Source: Octopus bimaculoides (taxonomy: Eukaryota). Taken from it: a stretch of 64,000 nucleotides of DNA. This document shows, piece by piece, positions 25,091-37,392 of this stretch (positions within the stretch are counted from its first letter, which is position 1; each line of letters begins with the position of its first letter). The notes under the pieces were generated by a model. It had not been told where the DNA came from. It searched no databases and saw only the letters and a program-made list of their open reading frames with translations. The stretch spans positions 49,406,063-49,470,062 of the forward strand of contig NC_068982.1 of NCBI RefSeq assembly GCF_001194135.2. Reading direction: 5' to 3'. Position numbers and translations under genes: made by a program.

Positions 25091-26596
25091 GAAATTTATT
25101 TCATGGAGTGCCGATATCTTTGTTACACAACTGACAGAGTACGACTGCAGGAGTGTTTGTGACCACATTGCAGTTGTACAACTAAATTTTTTGACACCTC
25201 ATGAAATGAATTAAGACTGAATTTAACAGTTAAATGGCCTGAATGACTCTTCCACAAGATAATTGCTAAATGTAAAGTTACATATAAAGATTTAAGATTT
25301 AGATAATATTATTTTATATCCTAATGTTAGAAGAGTTGTATATTTATTTCTCAAATATTTCTTCGTTTGAGTGTAAGTCTTAATCACTAGTATTGGAATT
25401 TCTTATTAAGCATCTCCTGTAAAAGTTATAAAAGTCGCTGGAACTCATAAACATAGATTACTCAGTTATAATTTATGCACTAAAAGTTCATTAATATACA
25501 GCACAACACTTAAATTAGAATGTATCAGGATACACAAACCGCATAATTATTTTCTTACCAAGGTGAAGGTTATTAAAGTGAAATGTCAGTAGTCGGACTT
25601 CATAATTGTTCACTAATTTCGCTTCGTTTCTGATGCATTACTAAAGGAAATTAAAAGATTTCAATGTCTGTCAATTTCTTTTAACTTTACGACCTGAAAG
25701 CCATTAAGAACACTTATTTGATCTGACATCTTCCGAGAAAGAAGGGACAGGAAATGAAGAATTATTCTTGCTGTAAGAATGATGTAAATCAGTTTGGAAT
25801 ATTTCTGGCTATAGAAAACAGAGAGATAAGAAATTAAGTACTATGTTTATTGTTAGATGAACTATCTAGAACATTTTCTTATTAATGTGATTGTCTGGAA
25901 GTATATGAAAGAATCACAGAATCTGGTGCTGAAATTAGTTACACTTTATCAACACATAAAATAACGTGAAATATATTGCTTGACACCCCCTCCATCCCTC
26001 ACACTTCCCACAAAACCCACTTCACCCAAATCAAATTTTTATCACTCCACCCTACCCTCACTATTTTCATTGAAATCATTGATATCACTCTTTGTAACCT
26101 TAGCCACAACTACCACCACTATTATCATTAGTATCATCAATAACACCATCACCATTACCATTATTATTATCAAGCATAATTGCAAAGATTTGAGTTAACT
26201 ATTTTATACTTTGTTATCATTAGGCTACTCATCATCAGTATTTTGCATGTTTTTTTCATATTTGCTTAAATTAGATGGGTCTGTTCCTGTACAACATATC
26301 ACCCCCAAGCCATGTATTTTCATCATTTGATACAGCAACAACAAAAAAAGAAACCTGCATTAGTTTTTAGTCACAGTTACTAAACTACTCTCCCAGATCA
26401 GTTGCTTTTGCTGTGGCTAAAGGAGTTTACACCTCTACTACTTCCATTTTGGCTTGGTTTTACAACTGGAAAAACCTTCCTATTACCAATCACTCTATCC
26501 CATGGACTAAGTACTATCAGCACTAAAGAGGTTGTCAACTAGCCCTACAGAGAGTCCTCTCCATTTTCTGATAGCCTTTATATAATCACTACTCAC

Positions 26597-26713
26597 CTTC
26601 ACTGTAACTTGTGGAATCCACATTCTTTTTATATACAGCTGAGAAGTAATAATTTTAGCTATTAAGGGGGCGTACAGTGGCAGTCTCAAGTTGTTGGGAC
26701 AAAGGTCATCTTT
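26597..26713 (-). CDS. Candidate 117-nt phase-0 exon of an unidentified gene
   Basis: Minus strand CTTCCCTTCCTACACCAG|...GAAG|GTGAGT; the only open frame is KDDLCPNNLRLPLYAPLIAKIITSQLYIKRMWIPQVTVK; no recognisable homology. Confidence 0.25.
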
Positions 26714-26984
26714 CTGGTGTAGGAAGGGAAGCTCAATTACCAAGGGATGATATAACAGAGATCAGACAGATGGGCATAAAGCTTTACTCTGTTATATTAG
26801 TAGAGAGTAAGAGCTTGCAGAGGTAGTTTGAGGCAAATGCAAATTGCATCTTTGATCTAGGTAACAAGATGTTTAGCCAATGAGGCGATTTATCATTGAT
26901 AAAATAATTGTGCTTGAGTCTACCTTGTTACGATACCAGCCACCAAGATCTTTAACTCATTAACATTCAGATTAATCCATCTAC

Positions 26985-27315
26985 TAGCATGGCTCAGTGG
27001 TTAGAGATTCAGGCTCACAGTCATGCGGTAGTGAGCTCGAATCCCAGACCGGGCTGTGTATTGTGTTGTTGAGCAAAGCACTTTATTTCACGTTACTCCA
27101 GTTCACTCAGCTGTAGAAATCTGTTGCAATGTCACTGGTGCCAAGCTGTATCGGCTTTTGCCTTTCATTTGAATAACATTGGTGGCATGGAGAGAGGAGG
27201 CTGGTATGCATGGGTGACTGCTGATCTTCCATAAACAACCTTGCCTGGACTTGTACCTCAGAGGAGAACTTTTTAGAAGTAATCCCATGGTCATTCATGG
27301 CCTGAGGAGGTTGTT
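26985..27315 (+). mobile_element. SINE-C (tRNA-derived head)
   Basis: GGCTCAGTGGTTAG A-box and GCTCGAATCCC B-box; TTGAGCAAAGCACTTTATTTCAC segment shared with SINE-B. Confidence 0.75.
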
Positions 27316-27510
27316 TACCCTAATACATATTTATCCACATTGTTTCAAATTAATCATGCATTATCACATAGCTTCGTAATTTTGATGATGTGATTGTTTA
27401 TGTTTAGAATGACATTATAGTGTAGGTGTGAGAAACCAGATCTGGCCAGTTTGAATATAAAACATCAAATATTTAGGTAGGATGTGGCCTGTTTGAATTC
27501 TAAAGGGCTA
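27315..27510. mobile_element. TTAA-type MITE family 1 (degenerate)
   Basis: Body homologous to 47892-48118; ends TCTAAAGGGCTAA. Confidence 0.65.
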
Positions 27511-27730
27511 AAACTTATTTTGTTTTTGCTTATAATGTTATAAATCTTATAAGAAGCTGTCCTGCTAAAATGTGAGTATACTAAATTTTTTAATTTAAAA
27601 CGTCTTAGAACTTGGTCATGAGGACAATTCACAATTTTTGGGAAAATGATTCTATGTTAAAAACACTTTTCCACTTTATGCAAGAACAGAATACAAAATA
27701 GTCATTTATGTATCATGCTTAATATAAATA

Positions 27731-28036
27731 CACTGTTGATAGGCTAGTTACTGCAGTATTTCTATAAGATAACATCTTATAGATGTGATGTGTTAAAAAC
27801 ACAATAAATATCAAAGGGAGATGAAAAAGTGTCCCAGCAGTAGCTAGTGAGAATGTTGCATGCAGCTGGTTGTGAGTATACACCTCTGAAAAGGTCTAGA
27901 AAAGTTGAAATATATCTGGCATTCTCACTGCTGGGTGGTTTTTCATCTTCTTTCAATATTTGAGTTTTCAACGCAGCACATTCATAACAGATGTTATCTT
28001 AGGACAAATACTGTAGCAAGTGGCCTATCAACAGTG
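27731..28036. mobile_element. TA-flanked MITE (Tc1/mariner/pogo-type), 306 bp
   Basis: ~50-bp TIRs CACTGTTGATAGGC...AGATAACATCT / AGATGTTATCT...GCCTATCAACAGTG, TA on both sides. Confidence 0.8.
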
Positions 28037-28189
28037 TATATACACTAAGTATAATACATAGATGGCTATCTTAATTAAATACACCATCAACTGCATAGGT
28101 TAAAAATTTCAAAAAGTTTATCTTTTTTCTGAATAATATGTACAAAGCAATACAGACTGCTAAAAATTCAATTAATAATTTCTAAATAT

Positions 28190-28335
28190 TGTTTTCAAAT
28201 TTTGGTACAAGGCCAACCCAAGAAGGGTGAAAGCAAAGTTGACCTCAACAGAATTTGAACTCAGAACATAAAGACAGACAAAATGCTGCTAGGCATTTGG
28301 CCTGACATATTAACGATTCTGTCAGATCACTGCCT
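28190..28335 (-). mobile_element. SINE-D with internal deletion
   Basis: TTTCAAATTTTGGTACAAGGCC...GAATTTGAACTCAGAAC. Confidence 0.7.
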
Positions 28336-29147
28336 TATAAATTCTAAATATTAGTTATGTATTACGAAATGTGATAAACTGATGGTGAACTGCAGTAATC
28401 ATTTATGCAGCATCAATATCATCTATACGAACTAAATGTTCAAAACAGTGGAATCAGCTCTTTTGAGTTGCTACATGAATCACTGTCTCTATATACATTC
28501 TCAGTTAACATGTATTCACTATCTTACAAGTTCATGTTCCTCATTCATGCAACAGATTATATTTATCTCCTGCTTGTCCAGCAATATCTGTTTTTCCAAC
28601 ATTATTGCTTATGTTTGACGACCATGTAACATGTCATTGCTATTTTTCTTGTTTTTTTTTTTTTCTACAATGCATCCAAAGTTTTTCACGGTGAGAGCAG
28701 TTCATTTGTTTATTTGCCGTTATCAAATTTTGTTCACAGCACTATATTATTGTCTATCTTTCCTCAACATTAAATATGGTTCCTAAGTGACAGTTCATAC
28801 ATTATCTTTCCAGAGAAATTTTATTTTCTTCTTGCTTTGGTTGCTCACACTCTTTGTTTCACTCATGCATATGGCATTTTTAAAATATTGATTTCCTATG
28901 TCTACCTCTGGTACCAATATACTCTTTATTTCCCTGCCATTTGGACAGCTCGCTAATATCAAATGAGTTTTCTTTTTATCCTTTTCATAAATAATAAACA
29001 TGTCTACTCCTCAGATTATGTTATATTTTAAATATCTTAGTTTTAGTTGTTTACTTTCAGTTCCCTAAATTTAACTCATTTCAGACAACCAATTTGAAAT
29101 TGTCTCTAGTTTTATGATACAATACTTCCTATTTGAAAGTGTTCATA

Positions 29148-29356
29148 GATGCAGGCATGATTGTGTGGTAAGAAGTTTGCTTCTCAACCATATGGTTCTG
29201 GGCTCAATCCCACTTCTTGGCACCTTGGACAAATGTCTTCTACTATAACCTTGAGCTGACCAAAGCCCTCTGAGTGGATATGGTAGACAGAAATTGAAAG
29301 AAGTCTATCGTGTGTGTGTGTGTATGTGTGTATGTGTGTGTGTGTGTGTGTGTGTA
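29148..29356 (+). mobile_element. SINE-A 5' half ending in (TG)n
   Basis: Homology to the head of 9407-9890. Confidence 0.85.
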
Positions 29357-29399
29357 GTAAAGAAATTTGTTGAAGAGATTTTCCCCACTTGGTGAGTTG

Positions 29400-31690
29400 T
29401 AGTGAAAAAGTAAATAATAAAAGAAAGAAAATACTCATAATTTATATAGATAGATAGAATATTATATCTAAGGGCATCATAGATAAAGGATAGAATATTA
29501 TGATAGTCTACCAGTTTCACAAATCATAACATTCAAAGTGGTGAAAATATTCGAATTTTGTATTATCTTAAGGAGTTTTTAGCCCATGCTGTTTGTATGT
29601 GAGTTTGTTTGTAAATGAACCAGCATGTAGAAAAATGTAAGGGGGAGGTGATTGTTATTGAGACAGGGAAGGTAATTGCACTTTTCTGGTAAGGTACAGC
29701 TTTTGAGAGGGTAAATTTATAGTATTTATATTACAAAGGTATAAACTCATGAGTTAAAGTAGTGAAATAAAATATGTACAAAGTTGGTTATGCATTCATG
29801 AATTAAAATACTTACAAAATCCCAAATTGGTTTTGCATTCATATTCAGGCATGGTTTGTATTTTTCAATAAATATATCTTCTTTCTTTAATCATTCTTCT
29901 ATAGAGATTGTTTCCTTGCACTGGTAGACAAGGAAAACCATGAAGTTTGATTGGAGAATCCCCACATATCTCTGTATGTGTTCACTCAATGGTTTCGGCC
30001 CATACCTTGAGAAACAGATCTGTTCTTTTGAATTGTAGTTCTCTGTCTAAGTAACTTTTATAGTTTGGCCTATATAGTTGTGTCCACATCATGAAAAAGT
30101 TATCACATAAATTAAATTTTCAGATGTACAAGTAAAATTGATCTTAACTGTGAATTTCTGTCCTTGTTTGATGTGAAATTCCAAACTTTCCAGTAGGTTG
30201 GGGCATGTTCCACAATTTGGATGTCTGCATTTTTTAACTATTGGTTTTGTTGTTGGCGGATATAGCTTCACTTTTGTCAGTGGTCTTTTTTAGTGATTTG
30301 GGTTGTTTGATGAATTTCTGTGTTTGTAGAATGTTGTTTATCTTTGGATCCTTTCACTAAATTAAAAGGAATATGCCTTTTGATGTGCTTTGGGTGGCAT
30401 GAACTAAACAGAAGATATTGCTTCAAGTCCATTGGTTTATAATAGATATTGGTTTCAATCTCATTTCTTTTATTCTTTTACACATTTCAGTCATTTGACT
30501 GCAGCTATGCTGGAACACCACCTTAAATTGTTTGTTTTTTTTTAATCAAAATATCAAGGAATAGGAGTTGCTCTTTGCTGTATACCATTTTAAGCTGAAT
30601 ACTTGGATTTATACTATTTAGAACTGATTTAAATTCAAGAAGTTTATCAGTGGTCTTATTCCAAATGATAAAGTAGTCATCCAGGTATCTTTTCCAGTTC
30701 TCTCTTATATGATAGTAGAATGGGTATCCATATTTTTGTAGTAATACTTCATATATGGTTAATTCTAAATATCCCATTCTTAGGACTGCTTTTGTTCCCA
30801 TTGCAATTCCATATTTTTGTCAGTAGTGGATGTCATCAAATAGAAAGTAATTGTTTTGGAGGATAAATTTTAAAGCTTCAATAATAAATTCCTGGTTTGT
30901 GCACTCTGAAAGTTCTTCAGAATAGTTTTCCAGCCAGAATTTGATTGCTTCTATTCCATAGTAGTGTTGAATATTGGTGTATAGATTTACAACAATTTAC
31001 AACAGGAAATCATGATGGTCTATTCATTAATTGTTTTAAGTAGGTGGTTTAGCATATTTAAATCAAATGTAATGAAACTTATGATATATTTCAAAAGAGG
31101 TTTCTAGAATGCTGCTTAGATGGTGGATTTCATTTGCCAGGCCTGCAATAATGGGTCTGAACTTTAAATCTTCAGGTGCTTGGATATTGACGTATATGCC
31201 TGGTGATTGTCTGCAGGCTTCATTAATTACCTGGCTTTTGTGTATTTTAGGTAGGATGTAGAAAGGACTAGGTTTACATTTAAAATTTGTGATATAATCT
31301 ATTTCTTTTTCTGTCAGACCTTTTCCATGTAGATGAATTAAGGGTGCAAGATTTTTCATTGTTTATAGTTTTGAAAATTTTCATAGAAGGTAGCGTTTTC
31401 TAACATGGGCAATAAAAGGTTTTTGTTGTATTCTGCTTTCATCAGAACTACAGCACTTCCTTTGACTTCTTTGATTGTCAGTTCTTTGTTGTTTTGCACT
31501 TCAATTAGATTTTACTATTCTATATTGTTGAGGTTTGAGTTAATTCTTTGCTTGTGTAAAGCATTCAGGAAATTGTGGACATGGTTGCATAGTCAATTAG
31601 AGTTTTATTCCTACTTTTAAATGGAAGATAACTGCTTTTGTTTTTGACCAGTGATTCATCTTCATTGTTGTAGTTAATTAAGAAATTCAC
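29400..31690 (-). mobile_element. Decayed Penelope-like element: RT plus GIY-YIG endonuclease
   Basis: Minus ORFs FYILPKIHK...KFRPIIAG, WKRYLDDYFIIW...INPSIQLKM...FLDI, and KCRHPNCGTCP...FTCTSENLIYVIT; many stops. Confidence 0.9.
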
Positions 31691-31711
31691 TCTACCCATC
31701 TATAGACATAG

Positions 31712-33185
31712 ATTTAGCTGTAGAGAAATGCATTGAGATAATCTGTGAGAATGAAGTAGAGTTCTGTGAAGTCAACACGAGGGAACTGGGCCTCCTCCTT
31801 AGACTAAGCTATGACAGTGACTATTTAAATGACCATGACCTCAGTAGATTCTGCCCCACTGGGTCAGAGAGGGGAAGACCACCCACCATCACCTCAGCAG
31901 TGAAGAAAAGCTATACCCATCCAAGACCCCAAGAACAACAATCAGGTGAAAGGAATGATTGTACATGCAATAGGGGCTAGCATAAGAACCACCTGGAAGA
32001 ACCACATAGTAAAGTTTAACATGAAACTATACATGCAGGTTCAAAGTGCAGCCATTGGTGTCATTGTAGCTAGAGATGTGGCCAGCCTCTTCCTGACCTG
32101 GTGGGACAGAAAACTTAAGCAATCCTTAGAAGAACAGTCCACAACTCTTCTACTTTACAGTAGGTATGTAAACGACATTAATATCCTAGTTAAGACCAAC
32201 TCTAGTAAAGAAAATGTAGAATCTGTGAGGAACATAATGGAGAGCATCCAACAAGTTGCTAACTCCATCCACCAAAGTATCAAGGTAACTATAGATTACC
32301 CAACTAGGCACCCCAACAATAGACTTCTCGTCCTTGATACTGCACTTTGGTTAGAGACTGTGAACAACAGAGTGCAGCTTCTCCATTCCTATTACATGAA
32401 ACTCATAGCTTCAAAATATGTTGTTCACAAGAACTCAGCTTTGTCACACAACATGAAAATTAACATACTGATAGCAGACTTAGTTAGGATAATGAACAAC
32501 ATGTCCCCACTATGCAAAACCTATGAAACAAAGAAACATGTACAGAACTTCATGCACTACATGCAATTCTCTGGATATGATTAGAAAGATAGTGTTCGAG
32601 TACGCAGGGGTGCTAGAAAGAAGTTAGATAGCATTATATGTAATGAAACTAGTGGTACCTGCCCTAGATATAGAAGCAAAGACTGGAATAGGATACAAAG
32701 AGCTTGTGACAAAGCAAACAGGGTGAACACGAGGTATAAAACTGACAAATATCAAGGAGTGATGTTTGTAGACGTCACAGTCCATGGAGAAACTAACCCA
32801 TAGATTTAGGAAAGCTCTAAAGGAGACCAAACTCAACATTAAGATTGTTGAAAAGCCAGGGAACTCTATCAGATCACAACTATGTAGCACATACCCCTTT
32901 GAGAATACCATATGCACCAATGATAACTGCATGGTATCTAGGATTAGCTCTGGCATTAACTGTAGAAATAGAAATGTAATCTACAACATAAGATGCATAG
33001 TAAGTGCTTGTAAAGACATGAACATGACATACATAGGGAATACATCTAGGAGCATTACAGAAAGATGACTAAATGAACATTTGAGTCAATATAACGACGA
33101 AAAGCAGTCCTCCATACTCTACCAACATGCCAAGGACCAACACGGAGGCAACCTGGGTCAACTTGACATCTGCATTTTATCTAAA
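31712..33185 (+). mobile_element. Decayed Penelope-like element of a second lineage (Neptune-like): RT plus Cys-rich GIY-YIG
   Basis: LTWWDRKL...LYSRYVNDINIL (YVDD degenerate), MQFSGY, then CTNDNCMV...NCRNRNVIYNIRC...YIGNTSRSITER*LNEH...YQHAKDQH. Lineage assignment is tentative. Confidence 0.85.
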
Positions 33186-33189
33186 ATGA

Positions 33190-33500
33190 GACAATAGCAA
33201 GGATTAACCATGAATTAATGAATAAGATTCCAACAGTCATTAAGAAGTACAAATCAGTTGATTCAGTCCTTGATGAAAATAAAGCTGTCCATTACCCAAC
33301 AGAGTTCCTTAATTCTCTTGAACCACCTGGAATTCCTCCACATAAACTTTTTCTGAAGGTAGGAGTCCCAATAATGCTTTTTAAGGAATTTAGATCCTCC
33401 TAAATTATGCATTGGGACAGGGTTGATTGGGAAGACATTACCACCTAATGTGACAGAAGCTACCATCATCACTGGATGTGCCACTGGGGAAGAGGTTTTC
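33190..33500 (+). mobile_element. Helitron PIF1-type helicase fragment running into an assembly gap
   Basis: YPTEFLNSLEPPGIPPHKLFLKVGVPIML and KTLPPNVTEATIITGCATGEEVF, typical of the Helitron helicase C-terminal region; frameshifted. Confidence 0.85.
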
Positions 33501-33956
33501 NNNNNNNNNNNNNNNNNNNNNNNNNNNNNNNNNNNNNNNNNNNNNNNNNNNNNNNNNNNNNNNNNNNNNNNNNNNNNNNNNNNNNNNNNNNNNNNNNNNN
33601 NNNNNNNNNNNNNNNNNNNNNNNNNNNNNNNNNNNNNNNNNNNNNNNNNNNNNNNNNNNNNNNNNNNNNNNNNNNNNNNNNNNNNNNNNNNNNNNNNNNN
33701 NNNNNNNNNNNNNNNNNNNNNNNNNNNNNNNNNNNNNNNNNNNNNNNNNNNNNNNNNNNNNNNNNNNNNNNNNNNNNNNNNNNNNNNNNNNNNNNNNNNN
33801 NNNNNNNNNNNNNNNNNNNNNNNNNNNNNNNNNNNNNNNNNNNNNNNNNNNNNNNNNNNNNNNNNNNNNNNNNNNNNNNNNNNNNNNNNNNNNNNNNNNN
33901 NNNNNNNNNNNNNNNNNNNNNNNNNNNNNNNNNNNNNNNNNNATATATATATATAT

Positions 33957-34208
33957 ATACTCAATACAAGGGCAAACAATTCATGAGAAAAAATAACTCC
34001 CGAAAAATTAATTTGCTAAGATATTATTAATTTTGTTATTACCTGGTATGACTATCTCAAAAAATGATAATAATAGAATCAATAATATTATTGATTCTGT
34101 TATTATAATTTTTTGACCAGATAATAACAAAATTAATAATATCTTAGCAAATTAATTTTTCGGGAACTATTTTTTCTCGTAAATTGTTTGCCTTTGTATC
34201 AAGAGTAT
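33957..34208. mobile_element. ~250-bp loopless palindromic (foldback) element
   Basis: Arms pair almost end to end around the centre AATAAT|ATTATT at 34081-34092. Confidence 0.85.
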
Positions 34209-35329
34209 TTCCTCACTGGTGGCTGTAATTGATTTTGCCACAAAATGAATCAGTTGCAACACAGACTTCAATACAGCAGGTTGGGGGTCTCTATCCTGGT
34301 AACGCGTACTGAAGAAGCTAAGGTGATTTTTTTTGCCAGTGCAGAAACCAGTCCACATGAGTTCAAATGCTTAAATTTACGTTAAGTGATTTTATTAACC
34401 TGATCTGCTTTCGATTGATTTCTGTAGTTACCATCAGTGTATTTTTGGTGATTTAAATAAGAGTTTTGATTGTTATTTCCAGCAGGTAGACATACTTAGT
34501 ATGTCCTTTGATTAATTTTAATCCTTCAGCTATATATATATATATATCTCAGCATTGCCCGGGTGTTATGACATTATTTGTTCCTTTCTTATGGGCAGAA
34601 TCAGCACAGTTGATATATAGTGAACTGGATTACTGGTATAATGGAAGTTATTGCTTGTTTAAAAGTGAAGAGGGGGAGGGTACAATTTGCATGGGTTTGC
34701 ATGAAAGTGATTTCTGTTCTTAAGAAGGATCACAAACTATGTATTGTTTCATCTTATAAATGGCACATTTTCAAAATTTTAGTTTTCCCCCTGTCCTCAA
34801 TGCAATTTCTTAATTTGTAACTTTTTTATTAATTTTTTTTTTTTTTCATCCATGCAGAAAAATACAGAGATTACGAATCTGGGAAATATATATTTTTTTA
34901 AAGTTTAATTTTTCTTAAAGAAACACTAAATGCCTCTTCCCCCACCTCACACATCCATCACCTACCCACTTTCAAAAAGCTAAAAACACCTAATGTTTCA
35001 CTCTTGTCTGATATTTCACACATGCATAGAATTGTACTGAAATAGCAGATGTAAAATATTATTAGAGCACCACCAGAAAACCCCACATGCTAGAAACAAC
35101 AAGTAAACAACGTTATTTCTGAAGAAACTTCCCCACTTTCTAAAAAGCAAATAGTGAAGCATTGGGAGTTTGTATATATATATACATACATTCACACATA
35201 CAAACATATGTATATGTATGTATATTAATATGTATCAAACCCAAGCATGTTTATCTGCATCACTATAGTTTTATATAAGTGCATGTGTGTGTATATATCA
35301 TACAATGACCATCTACACACTTTCTGTCT

Positions 35330-35460
35330 TTCACATTCCCTCACATAGCAGCCAAGAGCTATAGTAGAAGACACTTGCCAAGTTGCAATAAAGTAGGACT
35401 GAACCTGAACCGTGCCATTGCAAGTGTACTTCTTAACCACACTGCCATACCTGCACCTGT
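35330..35460 (-). mobile_element. SINE-A 5' half
   Basis: GCTATAGTAGAAGACACTTGCC...CCACACTGCCATACCTGCACC. Confidence 0.75.
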
Positions 35461-36399
35461 GTTTGTTTACACTGCATTTCAATCAGTTTTTATTCTTGCA
35501 AATGTACAATGGTCTCTTAGCTTAGGAATTAAAGTTTCTAGTTTTAATCCAGGTTGAGTCAAGTATATACATGTATATATTCAGGAATGAAACACCTCAT
35601 GATGATTTGAAAATTGGATTGATCAATAATAATGTGGGGTATATAAATATTATAAGTATATAAATCTGAAGATGAAGTTAGTAAGTTCAGAAAAAATATC
35701 ATCTTATTAACAACAACAGTTCATCTCATATTTAGATATCTTATGTTGAGTCATCACAACACACAATTTTCATGCTGTTTATTACCTCTAGAACATTGCA
35801 TCATGAAACCTACATCAACTCACACTCTATCTCCCTCTCTCTTATAATCCATTCTTTATCTTTGTTTTTGATTATAAAATACAGTATCTTCCTAAGTAAA
35901 AAAAAAAAAAGAGAGGGGAAAAAAACACATTTTCCTGTATCTTAATATTATTGTTAAGTGCCATGCATCACCATGCCAATGACTGGCTGACTCACAGATT
36001 TTATAATCAGTGTTTTCCTATCCTCTTTCCTTTTAACTTTCCTATTATGTAAAGGTGTCATCTGAGCAAATGTCCAGTGAATATTAGATAATATTTTTTT
36101 TATTTTATGGGCTGCATGAGAAGTGCAGATAAGCAAATGCTATTCTAATACAACAGTGTTACAAATATCTTAGCATGGCTTTAGTGAATAAGAAGAGATA
36201 TACCAAGAAAAGCTGAATATGGTTAATTTTATCACAGCAGGAATAAATCATATTTTCTGTTTCTCATTTCTTTTAACACGTTCACTATCACATCTTTTAT
36301 TGGAACTTACCACCACATATTTTGTGCACTATTGCTTTCAGTGTAGTGACAGAGGTGAGTGTATGCTCAAAATATCTCATAGTTAAACTTTAATATTTG

Positions 36400-37325
36400 G
36401 CACTCATAGTGGTGAACTGACAGAATCACTGGGCTTCGTGGTATTTTGTCTATCTTTACTTTCTGAGTTCAAATTCCACTGACGTTGGCTTTGCCTTTCA
36501 TCCTTTTGAAGCTGATAAGTGGCATTCTGATAATTCTGAGCATGACAATTCAGTGCTGACAATTCCATGTGTGACAATTCAACACAAAGACAATTCAGTG
36601 CAAGAAAAATTCAGTACAAGGACAATTCTCTTAGATCATTCTTCTCAGGACATCATTAAATGCACCAGCCCTCTCATGGATATTTGAAAGCATTTGCTTC
36701 GTAGCTAATACTGCTGGCTGTGGTACATGACTATGCTCCATAACATTTTCCCATAAACTTTGATTAACATGGATACAACCTTTGCATTTGTGTTCAGTAC
36801 AGCCAAGACTCTTTTCCATTTCAAAGTTTGCAATCTGAAAGATAGCAAAATCCATTTGATAAAATGTGCTCATGCCCGTTTTCTGATAAAATTCACTCCA
36901 TAAGGCTTGTTTTTTAATTTTTAAATTAGTAACTGTTTGTAACCAACAGGAATCCTAAAAACGAAAAAAAACCTGTCCTAGGTTTACAAAATAACAGTAA
37001 TGGAAATAATGGTTTTTGGACTATTAACAATAGAAAACGCTACCATTTATTCAATGGTTGTTAGTGTTAACAATCTAAAACATTGCCACTTTTTCATGAA
37101 GTTGAAAAGTTAAAAAATTTTGAAAAAAAAATTAATGAAATTAAATTTCATATACACATAAACACAATGCATGGAAATGCCTTTGAGTTGAATCGTCAAT
37201 GCTGAATTGTCATATGCGGAATTGTCAGTTCATGAAAATAAGTGCAAGTCAAGCACTGGGATTGATGCAATCAACTTACGCCTCCCCAAGATTGCTGGCC
37301 TTGTGTCCAAATTTTAAACCAATAT
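36400..37325 (+). mobile_element. SINE-D split by a Mutator-like insertion
   Basis: 5' part ends GCTGATAAGT (36520); 3' part resumes TAAGTGCAAGTCAAGCACTGGG at 37239. Confidence 0.75.
36522..37237 (-). mobile_element. Non-autonomous Mutator-like element with FLYWCH-type zinc-finger remnant
   Basis: Arrays of GACAATTC at the left end and GAATTGTC at the right end; flanking ATAAGTG duplication; minus ORF ...LGCTEHKCKGCIHVNQ...EHSHVPQP (C-x4-C...H-x-H). Confidence 0.7.
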
Positions 37326-37392
37326 TTAGCACCGATGTTATCTAAATATCATCGAAACCATGTCAAAGATACCAAATAAAATGTTTTCTCAA

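Noticed and set aside
33263-34030. Long ORFs spanning N runs (also 9437-9828, 46126-46525, 54902-55459, 60094-60819)
   Set aside because: Open only because X codons hide stops.
35660-35710. CTGAAGA-TGAA...TTCA-GAAA hammerhead-like core
   Set aside because: Stems I and III cannot be formed convincingly.
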